From the human T2T-CHM13v2.0 reference genome, Homo sapiens: a stretch of DNA of 64,000 nucleotides. The notes below the pieces were generated by a model that saw nothing but the letters and a program-made list of their open reading frames with translations, was not told where the DNA came from and did no database searches. This document shows, one piece after another, positions 31,610 to 50,639 of the stretch; within the stretch, counting starts at the first letter, position 1; every line of letters starts with the position of its first letter. The DNA is taken from the NCBI RefSeq assembly GCF_009914755.1, contig NC_060947.1, one strand, 5' to 3'. Both the position numbers and the translations under genes were made by a program.

Positions 31610-32884
31610 ATATTTTTTTAATTAAAAGAATACTAAAATCAATATCTAAAAGAATGCCTGAACACAGTAGTTATGCAAGAAATATTTATGTATGAATCTT
31701 TAGAACTCCCACCTCCTGCTATGACCATAATTTCACTTGTGAAGTGATAAAGCCATTATTTTATTTCAATCCCCAGAAATTTACATTCATAAGTGATCAG
31801 TATGGATCAAAATGGAAGAGCCAGTATAAAATTGCATTTTATACGGAAGAATCATCACAGATCTAAGCCTGATACTAACCAAGGCCTGTTTCTTGCAATG
31901 GGAAATGTATAGATGCCTCCTGGAAAAATAGCATTGAAATTTTCACACTGCAGGATGGTATAAGATACCCTTATTTGAGCTCATAAAAAGATTTTAGGGT
32001 TTGTTCCTAAGCAAGTTGCATGATCAGGCTCTGTGACATAATGGGTTATTTTTACTTGGAATTATTCCAGTTTATGAATGGTGCTCTGGGATATATCTCA
32101 GAGCTGAGATCCAAAAGTGAACTCGTAATAGGATTGAAGTCTCACTTGAGTTGCCAGCAGCTGACCCATTGCCAGCTCTATTCAGCATGAAATAGAATAA
32201 CTCCCTTTTTAGCATGGAATGAGTGCTTAATCAAGCAACCTTCTACCTTTACAACATCATACCTCCTGCAAATTATACATTAAGTGATATATTAATATGT
32301 CTTTCTTCAAAATCCTTATGAACCTTTCAATCTGAAGTTACAACGTGGTTTCTGTATGGTCTTGAATGTCAAGCAGTTGAAGTTTACATTTTAAAACTCT
32401 TGGATAGCCAATTACTTTGGGAAAGTATTAAGTGATTAGTAATTTTTTCCAAGAAGTATATTTTAATGTGAAAATAGGGCACCAATTCTTAATTATTTAT
32501 AAAATTGTAATTTTAAATATTAAGTTATACATATTCATGGATGGCTATTTGACAGCTATGAATTAAGTATTATACCATATGAAATATATTTTTATCAATT
32601 GCAACTGGCATAATCACTGATGGTGTTTTGCTTTGTGCAATTGATTCACACATTTAATATTTATTAAGCACCTACTATGTTATACTAATTTCCTAGTAGC
32701 AATATTCATGGATTTCAACCTAAAATTCACTTGCTCAATATGAAATTTCAATTAATTCTGTGTGATCAAGGACTCTAGCAATAAAATGCATTCCTTACTA
32801 TAAATTAATTGTATTATGATTCTTAACAAGTCATTGTTACTTTGGGCATATTCACTACAGTATGAACTAACCTTCAAAAACAAG

Positions 32885-33078
32885 GAAGCATATATCTCAA
32901 ATAGCTAGAAGAAAGGATTTCAAATGTTCCCACCACAATTAAATAATAAGTGTTCAAGATGATAGATATGCTAATTACCTTGATTTGATCATCACATGTT
33001 GTATACATGTATCAAAACATCACATTATGCCCCATAATATGTAAAATTATGTGTCAATTTAAAAAAAAACAAAAAAAG
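32885..33078 (+). mobile_element. L1MA-type 3' end fragment
   Basis: ATGCTAATTACCTTGATTTGATCATCACATGTTGTATACATG followed by an A-rich tail. Confidence 0.8.
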
Positions 33079-35224
33079 TATTAAGTTGTCAGCCATACAA
33101 TGACACAGTCAAATAAAAACAAGTGAAATATAGAGCAATTTGGAACACATAATTAATAGTGGTACTGCATAGCTTGATTCCATATATGATTTCCCCCTCT
33201 GTAAAATTTGCTTATATGAATCAATACAATAATATAAAACTGAGAATAAAGCAAAAACCTGTGGTTTCCTGATGTACAATATGCATAAACTATTATTTCA
33301 AAATAAATGACAGTGGAATCTTAATCATGAAGAACAGATGTCTATATTAACACACTAACAAAAATAAAGCCGGTTTATTGAATCACAAAATTATCGAATC
33401 TGTGAATGATTCAATATCACTTACGCAAGTCCTTAGAGAAAGAATTGCTTTTATACTCTTTATTGTCAACATCAACTGAAATATCATATTTCCTAATTTT
33501 ATACATCACATAATAGAATGACTCTCTATACAGCTTCTTTAAAAGATTCCATTCTTCTGATTGTGAAATGAATCCAAACTCAAACCATTTTCCAAAATTA
33601 ATTTATCCTGTATAATTTTAAAAATATATATTTGTATATACTATTTTCATAGACATATATAGAGTTAGTTTCCTAATCCTTATTATCTTGTTTTTGTTTT
33701 CATCCTTGGAGGGTCACAGTACACAAAACTCTGGAACGTCATCTGGGACCTGAGAAGTGAAATAACTGTTATAAATGAGCCTCTATTCCCTAACTCCTAC
33801 CTAAACCCTGATGTTCGTTGATTACATTGAAGTCATTTTTTTCTATTATATGAATAGTTCCCTTGTTGAAGTTACTGTGTAATCTTCATTTTCATTAACA
33901 ATGACCATTCATCAATATAACGATTTTATTGTCAGAACTTGTGGGATTAATAACAGCAGGTATTTGAAGACCTCACTGTTTTTATCAGAAGTTATTGTGA
34001 CAAACAGCAAGCTATTTTTTCATGTTAGTCCCTTATTAGCTCCAACTATTTCCTTAGAAAACTGTGAAAATCATTTTTACGTTGATTATTAAGTTTTACT
34101 TCTTAAATTGCAATGGCTTAAAAACAGGACAAAACACTTCCATTAGATGTTACAATAGGAGTCCTGGTGATACACACCTTAATTATTAGGTTATTTTATT
34201 TTTTCTAGCTCTTCTGTAAGAATATTCAAAGCAAAACAGACTTAAGGAGTTATGTAAATTATAGATGATCTCAAAATTTTGTTGGCTGACTTTTACTAGG
34301 GAGTGTAAAATAAATCAGAGTATATTTCAATGTATATGTATTGTCCTGCCATCACCAGAATGTATGTACAGTCTTTAAAGCTATGGCACAAATGCCCTCA
34401 ATAGTAAATCCAGCTAATAAAAAAAAATCAGACTGGAATGAAAAAGGGCTAAGGAAGAGCATGAACAGAGTTTAACGTTCTCTTATTTCTCTTATGTATT
34501 CCTTATTTATCTCTCCCTGGGCTGCTACAAGGTAATGAAGAATATTTTCAAAGCCATGCTTGTAGAATAGACTGATAGTAAAGCAATACTTCAAGAAAAA
34601 TGGAGGTAAACCCAGCCTTGATTATATGAGCTGGGACAGTGATAAGAAAGAATGTCCTTTGCTTACAGAAAAGCATTATTTCTCCTAGTAGTGGAGATCG
34701 TTCCATCTATTTCTGTTTCCTGGTAGAGTTTGTGTAAACTCTTAGTTTTACATTTTTCTCAAATGTTTGTTATAATTCTCCTATGAAGTCAATTCTGCTT
34801 CAGGTTTTCTTGGGGAAATACATTGTTTCAATTTATTTAATAGAGAACTATTCAGCTAGTTTGGGTATCTTTTTGGAATCTGCCAAGTTCATCTAAATTT
34901 CCCATTTCATTATTACAGAGTTATTCATAGTATCGTCTCATTATCTTTCCTGAGGTATCCTGGATTTGAAAGGATATTCCTATCTGCTTGTAGGTATTCT
35001 GTCTTATTTCTTTACTTTTCTGAGTAGCTAAGATGATCACCCAATTTTGGTTTTATTGAGTATCTCCTATTGCATATTATTTCCTTTCTTCTCGTGTTTT
35101 GGGTTTAGTATGTTTTGCAATGTTCTATTTTCATTATAATTTTATAATCATCTTTATTATAAGTATGATGTATTATCATTGAGCTGCTAATATGCTTTAT
35201 AATGTTGTTTTTGACCTCCAGGTA

Positions 35225-35536
<312 letters not shown>

Positions 35537-36040
35537 CTCCAGGTAATGTTAAATTGATATTATTTCAAACATGATGAGGAGCTGTGTTATCTTTTTATAT
35601 TGCTTTCTAAGGCAGTTGTATACTGATAAAGATAAGAAGCTATATATGTTTTCATTTCCTTGAGATTTGCTGAGATTTGCTTCATGATCATATGGCAGTC
35701 CATCTTTTATAAATTTTCATTGTGTGCTTGGGAAGACTGTGTACTCTGCAATTTTTCCTCAATAAACAAATACAAGGAAACCTAATATTTAAGATGGACA
35801 AGGAGTGAAAAAAGCACTTCACACAAGAGTCCTAAAAAGCCAGTGAATTTATAAGGATTCTAAGCATCCTTATTATTTGGGAAAATACTAATTAAAATCA
35901 TAGTGGAGAATACTTTTAAACACCTTTTTTAATGGCTAAAATTAAAAAAAATCTAGCTAACATTGTTGTCAAAAAACATGGGGGACATTGACTGTATCAT
36001 TCCACTGTGTTCAAATTTCCATTGTTTCTGTTAAAATAAG

Positions 36041-36556
36041 TTTCTGTATAATTGATGTTCCTTTCTATGTATCTATACTTTTGGGACTCTGTAGGGATTA
36101 CTTATCAATTTTTAGGACTGATTTTAGGCCCAGTTCAGTGACTCACACCTATAATCCTAGCACTTTGGTAGGCCGAGGCAGGCGGATTGCTTGAGCCCAG
36201 CAGTTCAAGACCAGCCAAGGCAACAAAGCAAGATCCTTACTCTATGTATTTAAAAAATTAATCTATTTTTAAAAATAAAAAAATGATTTTTGAAATGTTT
36301 CTGTTTAATTGATGTTCCTTTCTATGTATCTATATTCTTTGGACTTTGTAGGGATTCCTTATCCATTTTCAAAATTGATTTTTACACCCACCTCAGTGGC
36401 TCACACCTGTAATCCTAGCACTTTGGTAGGCTGATGCAGGAGGATTGCTTGAGCCCAGCAGGTTCAAGACCAGCCTGGGCAACATAGCAAGACCCTTACT
36501 CTATATATTTAAAAAATCTGTTTTCAAAAATAAAAAACAAAAAATTGATTTTTGAA
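36041..36556 (+). repeat. Tandem duplication, period ~257 bp; each unit contains an Alu monomer (FLAM-like) plus flank
   Basis: TTTCTGT(A/T)TAATTGATGTTCCTTTCTATGTATCTATA at 36041 and 36298. Both monomers share private variants (CACTTTGGTAGGC, CCTTACTCTAT). Confidence 0.93.
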
Positions 36557-37177
36557 GTTGTCTGCCATTGACTAATCAAATAGTTCTTTTGGTCTAATAT
36601 TTATTTTTTTTCTCCTTTGGGACTCCAATTAAAATAATGTCACAATTTCTTACTGTATCCTATTTATTTTACCTTCTCGTGTACTTTTTCATTTTTATTT
36701 TTGGTCTCTGTAATGTTCTTCCAGTTTTGTTTGGTTTTAGAATCTCTATGGTTCTTTTTGAAATTTGGTGTCGCTTTTATGTTGTTTCTAGTTCTCTGTC
36801 AGATGATAGAATCTACTCTAGCTATTTTAAGAGGAAAAAGATTAATCACACAACATTAAATGTATTATTGAATAACTGGCAAAGCCTAAAAATACAAAAC
36901 AGGCTGAAATTCAAACCCACAAAGCAGAAATGGGCCACCAAGGAGGCTTTAGACCCTGACAAGTCCAGACATGCAGAATTAAGAAGATTTCTGTCCAATA
37001 GGGAAGCTTCAACTCCTAACATCTGTCAGTTCTCAAATCATACTTCCTCTGCCATAATTTGAAAGTCACTGCTACAGCTGCTGGTTCCAGAACTCTGTTG
37101 CCTTTGCCATAACCTAAACCAGCAGTTCTTTTTAAATTTTTTTTCTTTTTTTCTTAATCTACCTCATTTTTCAAAAC

Positions 37178-37405
37178 TAGAAGTTCTTAACCACTTTATT
37201 CTCAGTACTTTTTTACAGTCAAACATTACTGGGTACCTAAGAGGTATTTTATTTATGTAGATTATATCTATAATTTATTATTTATCTTAAAATTAAAACC
37301 AAGTAATTGTGTAATATTCATTTGTTAATGTATTTTAGAATAACAATAGTCAACCTACTACATGTTAACAAAATTAAAATATCTTAATGACAAATATTTT
37401 CCAAC
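37178..37405 (+). mobile_element. hAT-Charlie (Charlie1-like) DNA transposon 5' fragment
   Basis: TTTATGTAGATTATATCTA...AATTAAAAC...AATAACAATAG...TACATGTTAACA resembles the recalled Charlie1 5' end. Confidence 0.6.
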
Positions 37406-37409
37406 AGGT

Positions 37410-38680
37410 ATGTCAACATGGAGAAAGGATAGAATTTTTGACAAATGTTTCTGGGACAACTGACTAGCAACATACAAAACAATGACGTTAGACCCTCACC
37501 TCATATCAGATACAATTAATTTAAAATTACTCAAGAGCCTAAATGTAAAAGCTAAAACTATAAAACCCATAAGAAAAAAACATGAGTAATCTTTGCAATC
37601 ATGGATCAGGCAATTGATTCTTAGATATACCAAAACAGAAGCATCAAAAATAGGAGATAAATTAAACTTCATCAAAAGTAAAATATTTGTGCATCAAAGG
37701 ATATTATGAGCTTTGAAAAGACAACCTACAGAATAGGATGAAATATTTGGAAATTATATATCTAATAACTAACTTGTACCTAAGATATACATTAAAAAAT
37801 TCTTAAGACTCAATAGTAAAAAAAAGATAAATTACCCAAATCAGAAAGGGCAAAGGATTTGAATAGATATTTCTTCACAAACGATGTACAAATGGCCAAT
37901 AATAGCATGAAAAGATGCTCAGCATCAATAGTCATTAGGGAAATATATATCAAAACATCAGTGAGATACCACTTAACATCTAGTAGGATGGCTATAACAA
38001 AAAAAAGTCACATAATTAACAAGGGTTAGAAGGATGTAGATAAACTGAAATCCTCATTCACTGCAGCTTGTAATTCAAAATGGTGTACCCACTTTGGAAA
38101 ATGGTCTGGCAGTTCCTGAAAAAGTTAAACATTTGACCCAGCAACTTCACTCCTAGGTTTATACCCAAAAGAAATGAAAATGCATGCCCTCACAAAAATA
38201 TGTGCAAGAATTTTTGTTCATAATAGCAAAAATATTAAAACAACCCAATGTACATCAAATGTGGATAGACAGACAAAATGTGGAATGTTCCTATAGTGGA
38301 ATAATATTTGGCCATAAAAATGATGCATGCTACAACACAGATAAACCTTGAAAACATTAGGCTAAGTGATAGAAGCCAATCGCAAAAAAACCCACATATT
38401 ATATCATTCCATTTATATTAAAAATCCAGGATAGGCAAAAATATATAGATAGAAACTGGTTGTTTAGGACTGGGAGTGAGAAGAATGGGGGAGGAGGTGA
38501 TCACTAAAGAGTAGGCTTTCTTTTGGAGGTGATAAAAATGTTCTAAAATGTTGTAAAGTTTATTGTGGTGATGGTTGTACAAGTCTGTGAATGTACAGCA
38601 AACCATTAAATTATACTAATTGAATGGGTGAGTTGTATAACATATGAATTACATGTCAATAAATCTGTAAGAAAAAATAA
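37410..38680 (+). mobile_element. L1MB-type ORF2 3' part and 3'UTR
   Basis: Degenerate L1 ORF2 text, with 3'UTR ending GTGGTGATGGTTGTAC...TCAATAAA. Confidence 0.85.
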
Positions 38681-38711
38681 TTCTTAAAGAAACTTAGACC
38701 CCCCCCCCCCA

Positions 38712-43424
<4,713 letters not shown>

Positions 43425-44289
43425 CTGAGACCCTGAAGAGGGGAGTGCACATCAATTCAACTATTCCTATGTAAAATGATGGCTTCTCAGGGACGTATGT
43501 TAATTTACACTTTGATTAGCAAGTGCTTTCTGATACTTAATCCAGAAGACAAATATAGAATTCAGTATGTATATGGAGGCAGCCTGACCTATCCTTTATA
43601 AATAGGTTTGTCCTAATTTATGCAAAACTCAGACCATAAAGCATTAAAGAATTTCAGAGTGATGTTGCTTATATTTTGTCCTTCTGTTAAGGTATTTGGT
43701 AGTTGTAATATTAGGCAAGTGATATTACATGGTGCAACCATTACTTTCGCTCAATTAATCATTGCATTCATTTTTCCAATAAAGCAAACTGCACCAAACA
43801 CAAACTTACATTAGTTTTACACCTGACTTAATTTCCTAAATTGATAGTTCTACCTAAATTACATTTCACTTTTCCTCAGGAAGAACTATACCTAGTCCTT
43901 CAATTGTATAAGGTACCAATATGGAAAGACACTAACATATTCATATTTTGGCACTTAATAAAACCAAGATTAATTTAGTAAGCACCTACATGGAAACAGA
44001 TAGGGCCTTTATACATTTTAATAAAGAAGAATAGTTGCTGGCTTTGATCATAGCATTTAAACTTGCCAAAGAAGAAGTAGGAAAGTTTATGTTCCTCAAA
44101 GTGATGCTAGCTCTGCAGCTCATGTATTATAAATAGGGAATTGCATAGTTAAAAAACAAAACAGACATAACATTGAACCTGCCTTTGTGCTACAGCATAT
44201 TATATACATGTAAAGCACTGCAATAAAGCTGTCTAACGATAGATCATTATGATGTGTTATGAATTGGCAAAAATATTTTAAGGAAGTCA

Positions 44290-44291
<2 letters not shown>

Positions 44292-44342
<51 letters not shown>

Positions 44343-44358
44343 GAGAGAGAGAGAGAGA
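44292..44358. repeat. (TG)n(GA)n microsatellite
   Basis: Seen directly; more than 20 TG units. Confidence 0.97.
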
Positions 44359-46139
44359 AAGGGAGAGTTATCTGTCCCAAAGTTACTTACTTATACTTGT
44401 AAATAATCTTGAACATAATAGAGTTATATCAGGATAAAATAACTGCTAATGACTCAATCAGAAGGGTTTACAAATTTTCAAAAACAACTTTGAAGAAATT
44501 AAACTTAAGTTTAATTCAACGCAATTATTGTTCTAAAAGAATAAAATATCAGAAAAAGAATATATAACTCCAGAATTCCTCACTACTCCTCTTCTCCTCC
44601 TTCTCCTTCTCTATTGTTACATCATTGTAGCTTATAAAATAAACCCTGAATGGAGCAAATTTACTGCAATTTTGATAGATCAATGTAGTTGAAATTACTG
44701 TTTTTAACCTCCTATGTAACACAAGCTCCAGCTCAAACTCACAAATACACACAAACATAAACACCAAGCCAAATATATTAAAAATGTATGTTTTCTTAGA
44801 TACTTCCATATATATTTCTGGATGATGTAATATACCAATGATTTTGGTTTACTTGTATACCTTTTTATTAAATTCAGAAAGAGTTCTTACCTGCCCTTGA
44901 AATTTGATTTTCAACATAAACTTTCAATTAAACATTTTGGAAGAATAGCACAGTTGATACAAGTTGATATTTAATTCTGGAAACTTGAATATTTGTATTC
45001 AGAAGGAAATATCAGTTTAGGATATCAGAAAAAGACCAAACAAATTTAGTGTCTACAGGAATCCAAGATAGATAAGGAAAGGAGAAAATAAATGAATTTT
45101 TAAAGTCTTAAGGTATATCAAATGTCCAATTATAGTATATGGATGTTTCAAGCAGAATTAAATTTGAAATCTAGGCATTATTTTCAATGAATTATTCATA
45201 TTTTTTATTGTTAAAATAGATTATGAAAAATTTGCAATAAGACAACTAAGACTATCTTAGCAAGAATGTATACACAATAAACTCTTACAATCTCCATTTT
45301 GTCTAGTTGTTTATTGCATTGGTGTCAATTTGTAGTCTTGATGTTAATTTAGGTGACAAAAATAGCATTTATGTATATGTTCATACTTCACCACCATTAG
45401 AATCAATTGGGAATAGTTTTTACTTTTATGTTGCTTTACATTGCTTACTTGCCTTCAAGAAGAAAAACATATGAGCAGTTTTTAGTTTGTCATTAAATAT
45501 GGAACCTATACTAGGTGGAAACCATGTCACTCTACATTCTGGTTGAAAAAGAAGAAAAAAATTGAAGAAAAATGCACCAGGAAATCCTATGTTTAGTTCT
45601 TTTTTAACTATATGTTGGTAGATTAATTTATCATAGTGTGTTCTGATTTTGAGTAATAGTAATACAACTTCAGTTCAGACACTATAGTTTGGCAAGCATT
45701 TTGGTCCTGACATTAAAACAAAACTAAACAAAAGCCTGCTGACTATAGCATGGACCAAAAAGTATTAAATCTTTCATTTCAGAGATTTTATACTGGATTA
45801 AGTTCAATGATCAATTTAAATTAAAGCTCAGTTATAGATTATTGTTTTAGAGTGTCCAGATTAGTTTATTTCAGTGAAGTTCAAGCCATTACTTTATATC
45901 AGGCACTGTGTGAAGTGTTGACATACAATGAAAACTGAGACATGACCTTCGACCTTTTGAAAACAATTTCAAATACATTCAAATAAATGTAAAGTTTGTA
46001 TTAAAGTATACTAAGTCATTTCATACTTTAAATTTTAGGAATAATAAAGTGCAATAAATTAATCTAACCTGGGATTTTCAAAATGTTCATAAATTAGTAT
46101 TTCTGCATTTCACAATCTTATTCAAGTTGTTGAAAGGCT

Positions 46140-46510
46140 AACTGTACTACTTAGCTATTGCTGCAATAGTGCTTCCTAGCAAAAAGCTTCAATTTCTCAG
46201 TGATGTAGGCTTTGACTCATCTAGGATTGGCTTAGCTAGTAGCTTGTAGCTCAATTGGAGTTGGTTCTAGGTAATAGGCCAAGTTTAATTAGGCTTCACA
46301 TGTTTGATTCTGCAACTCCAGCTAGAGGGACAGCGGATACCTAGGGTATTTTTTCTCACGCAGATCAGAAATGTCAAGAAAGACAAGCCAAACTTTGTTA
46401 GAATATTTCAAAACTTTGCTTACATCATGTCAACTAATATTCCATTGGCTAAAGCAAAACACATGGCCAAGGACAAATTCATAAAGCAGGAAAATACACT
46501 TCAACCACTG
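46140..46510 (-). mobile_element. Old MaLR (MLT1-type) LTR
   Basis: TTAGCTATTGCTGCAATA start and CATTGGCTAAAGCAAAACACATGGCCAAG motif. Confidence 0.6.
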
Positions 46511-47975
46511 TGATACCCTGCTAAGAGGGTAGAATAGTATTTCTATCAAAGGAAAATGAACAATAGGATCGATATTTTTACATACTACACTATTCTTTCT
46601 TGGTATTGTCCTTTTCTGTAAATATCGTCTGATTACTCTTTTTACCATAAGGAGTGATTGCTAAGTTCCACATTTGTGCTCCTGAGGTTGTTTATACTTA
46701 TTGCTGTACTTGCAGTTTCACTAAGTTGTATTAATGCTTTATAAGATGTTACCGTGTGAAGGTCAGTACATGATTGTATCCTCCCTTGAGGTTCTGAGGC
46801 TTTTCTTTTGGCTTAGGGTTTAGAAACTATTCAATACACAAATAATATTTCATCTAGTAAAATAAGACTTCCTTTTTTTACAAAAATATTCATTGTAGAA
46901 TATTTCATTGGCTGTCCTACTAATATTGGTAGCAACATGATGTGATATCACTTTAAAGAGAATTATTATGAATATTGATATTTATTTGAAACAAACACTG
47001 TGTGATATTAATTTATTACTCTTCTCCCTATTCCATTAAATAAATGAATACAAGTTAATTCAGCTCCAATACAAGTAATACTTGGTAAACAACTTCTAAT
47101 AGGTGTAGAATAAAACATTACAGGATTCCTAGAATATTTATTATAAGATTTGTAGCTGCAATAATGAAGTATTTCACCTTTTAAAAATACTTACTAAAGT
47201 TAAAACATTTACTAAAATAGTTGCTATATGTGACAAAGAAAATATTTTACTAGAAATATTTAGTAGTACCCTCCCATTATTTTCTCAGCCCCTCTCTGTA
47301 AGTTGCACCCCGAAGTGCAAACTTCAAATTAACTATAACTCGTTTTTGTCTGGAGACTTTAAAGATAGGTGCATCTGTGCAATGTAGATTGAATTGTCAA
47401 CCAGAGGTAAGTGTGATTTTTCAGGACGGAAATTTTTATAACAGAACAAAAATGAAATTTATAGGAACAAATTAATCACCTAAGACATTGTAGAAATGCA
47501 GCAAAGTCAATGGTTGTACAAACCCTTCTATATATCAATTTGAATGTGCAAAATATAAACACAAAGTGAGCAAATGGCCATATGGGTCCTCCCTTCAAAG
47601 TTTAAATGACTGAAGGAATATATCACCTAAGGTGTCTATGAGACTAAAAAGTATATGAGTATTCTTCTGGGCATTTTGGCACCTCACTTCTCTAAATGTT
47701 TTATATCTTGATAAGATACAATTGATACAAATGAAAAACACCTTTTAAATATTGAAAAGCTAGAAATTTTTATTAAGTGTCAAAATAACATCAAATACAG
47801 AGGTTCCAAATCTGACAGGCTTGGGAGCTTCTAAAACTGCTTTTCAAGGTTCTTATATAAGCTTCATTAGACTTAGTATTCACCAAGCCTCCATATTAGC
47901 TAATGTATAAAATGAATAAAGTTCCATTTCAAGTTTCACTCTCAAGGCCATAGCATTAGGAAGTCCCCTGACCCT

Positions 47976-48489
47976 TTACTGAAGGAAACAGTTATTTCTG
48001 GGATTTCTGAGGTGCAAGCATATTTTAAGACAATATTTCTCCAAATACAAAAGTTGTTTGCTGTTAAAAGTTCCATGTCACTTTTATCTGATGAACTGTA
48101 CTACATTTTCATATTTCATTCCACCTTCAATTAAAGCTAGGGCAACTAGCAACTGGAGCTCACCCAAAACCTACAACACAGTGAATTGCAATACAACAAC
48201 CAGGATCTTCATGAAATTTATTTTTCATAAGTTTTAACCAGTTATCAATTATCTGGCTGGATGGTGCTGTACCATCATCAAAAGGCCAGTCCGGAACCTG
48301 GATGCTTCCCTTCTCTAAAAGAGCAATGTTGTAAGTTGCTTTTCATACTCTTACTATGGTGGTAACTCCATCCTGCTTAAGTTCCTGTAAGAATCTATTA
48401 AAGTAGGTATTGGTTGGGTTGTGTGTAATAAGAAATCTAACATTTTTGTATGCAATGTCCACAGAAGCAGGGAGGTTCATTCTAGCCAT
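47976..48489 (-). pseudogene. PTP4A1 (pseudogene): Processed pseudogene of protein tyrosine phosphatase 4A1 (PRL-1), CDS remnant
   Basis: Manual translation: [110 protein letters not shown](frameshift)[55 protein letters not shown]. No introns. MARMN start, IEGG and RNNC tail fit PTP4A1 better than PTP4A2 or PTP4A3. Confidence 0.96.
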
Positions 48490-48850
48490 GTTGATGTAAT
48501 TTTTTAAAAAATAGACAGAAAGGATATAAAGTAACATAAATCTACTTCAAAACACTCCAGTTAAAATTTTCAGTGAGTTGAATATGAAGTTAGGAGTAGT
48601 AGGAAATAAAAGGAGCCTCCAATAAAAAACATCATTATTTCGATACAGTGACACTGAATCAATGGACAATAAATGCACTCAGCTTTACCCTTCTCCCAGT
48701 CTGAATGCTTGTAAAATGTTTTGACATTCAATTCAGCTACTCAGTGTCCAGGTTATTCATTCTTATAGGAAGTTCTCAAATATTAAGGAATTTCTAGAGT
48801 TCAGTAGTCTGCACAGGGGAAAGTGTGTCACCAAGCAGGTCCATTACTAC
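48490..48850 (-). pseudogene. Probable PTP4A1 5'UTR-derived part of the retrocopy (3'UTR-like sequence also at ~47700-47975)
   Basis: Reverse complement AACTTCATATTCAACTCACTGAAAATTTTAACTGGAGTGTTTTGAAGTAGA resembles my recollection of the PTP4A1 5'UTR. Outer limits uncertain; no clear poly(A) or TSD seen. Confidence 0.6.
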
Positions 48851-49318
48851 CTGAGCCCTGAAGTCGCCTTAAGTGGCATATGTCACAAGCCTACCCTTTA
48901 GTTCTTAGAGTGAAGGGCAAAGGACAAACTTGGCCACCAATCATGAGGATCCTGGCCAAGTGGACTAAAAGTGGTGGGGTGGGGGTAATGCAGCAGCCAG
49001 CTATGTCACAAAGAGGCAGTGGCCACCCACATGCCAGAGCTATTCATTTTCTGGAAATGTTTCATAAATTAGTCCACACATTAGTGCCACACAACACTTC
49101 TAATGCACAGATCATGTTTCATAATAGATGATCATTAAATGACAGTTCCCTTTCTTCCTATAAACAACAAACAAAAAGTGATATTAGAGATTGCCCTGAA
49201 TTAACATTATAATTTAATCATCATTTGACAACAGAATAATTGGTTGTGATATGGATTTTTCCTTTGGCACACCTCTTAGGTGGGTACTCTGCTCCAGGCT
49301 GCAAAACTGAATTGTTTT

Positions 49319-49425
49319 AGGTGGGTGCGGTGGTGTGTCTGTAGTCCCAGCTACTTGGGAGGCCGGAGGATTGCTTGAGCCTGGGAGTTCAAGACCAGCC
49401 TGGGGACATAGCAAGACCTCTCTTT
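49319..49425 (+). mobile_element. Free Alu monomer (FLAM/FAM-like)
   Basis: CTGTAGTCCCAGCTACTTGGGAGG...GAGTTCAAGACCAGCCTGGG; monomer length. Confidence 0.8.
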
Positions 49426-50155
49426 AACACCACCACCAAAACCCCCCTGATGTGTTTTATATCCAGCCTCCCCAGGCATTTCAAATCAATTTCCCTACAT
49501 GCAAGCATAATGTGGTTTTTAAGATTTAAAAATAAAAAGTACTAAAAAGAAAGAATAAAAGAGAAGAATGAAAACAAGTCCACCAGTCTACGGGAGCTCT
49601 AAACATCAATCCCAATACATTCTAAAAGTTTTTATTTCTATTCTGGGTAAGAAGGAAGTTAGGGTGTGTCTGGGAAAGGAATTGTGGAGAGGACGTAAGA
49701 ACAGCTTTGACTCCCTGTATCCTGTAGTGAGGTTAGGACAAGAGAATGAAATGACCACTGTATTTTCCTAAAAATCCAAAGGTTCAAATGACTCTTCACC
49801 ATTTTAAACAACACGGGATAAGGAAGTTTGTGTGGTAAAAGAGATTATAGAAAAGGAGTATATAATGTTATGTATGTGTGAAATGATAACATTATACTTA
49901 TCTTCTGGGAGTGGATAAGAAAATAATGCATATCTATGTGACTATAGTCATATTCTTTATTCAAGCACATGATGAAGCAACAGGGTGTGTAATTCAAAAT
50001 TACACTATAACTGCCATAACACAGCATGATTAATTTCTGTAATTCATTGTTACTGGAAAATTGCAAATTCCTTGATTTGTATTCATAAATAAAACTATAC
50101 GCGCACACACATGAAAACACAAACACTACTTTCATTAGATTACATGCATCATGAA

Positions 50156-50469
50156 GGCTGGGTGAGGTGGCTCATCCCTGTAATCCCAGAACAGCACTTT
50201 GGGAGGCTGAGGTGGGTGGATTGCTTGAGTTCAGGAGCAGGAGTTTGAGACCAGCCTGGGCAATATGGTGAAAAGTTGTCTCAAAAAAAAAAAAAAAAAT
50301 TAGCTGGGCATGGTAACGTGCATCTGTAGTCACAACCACTCAGAAGGCTTAGGTGGGAGGATCGCTTGGGCGCGGGAGGTCTAGGCTGCAGTGTGCCATG
50401 ATTTCACCACTGCACTCCAGCCTAGACAACAGAGTGAGACCCTGTCTTGAAAAAAACAAAAAAGAAAAA
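50156..50469 (+). mobile_element. AluJ
   Basis: TSD AGATTACAT(GC/AT)ATCATGAA; AluJ right arm. Confidence 0.92.
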
Positions 50470-50639
50470 GATTACATATATCATGAATGAGCTTTGCATC
50501 TGCAAAGATATATACCACATATTTTATTCTCTGAAATGACATATTCAAGTTAGCAATAATTAAAAGTAGACTACTTATGAGGCCATTTGTCATATTTACT
50601 TATATTTTCTCTATAAATACATTTCTTTCCCTATTCCAT

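Noticed and set aside
36637-37062. 141-aa ORF; also the 124-aa ORF at 52455-52829 and the 134-aa ORF at 4623-5027
   Set aside because: F/L/I-rich translations of T-rich low-complexity or repeat DNA with no domain signature.
48343-48537. 64-aa ORF as a functional PTP4A1 gene
   Set aside because: Terminates at codon 49 of the parent frame, before the catalytic motif; the downstream frame has further stops and a frameshift.
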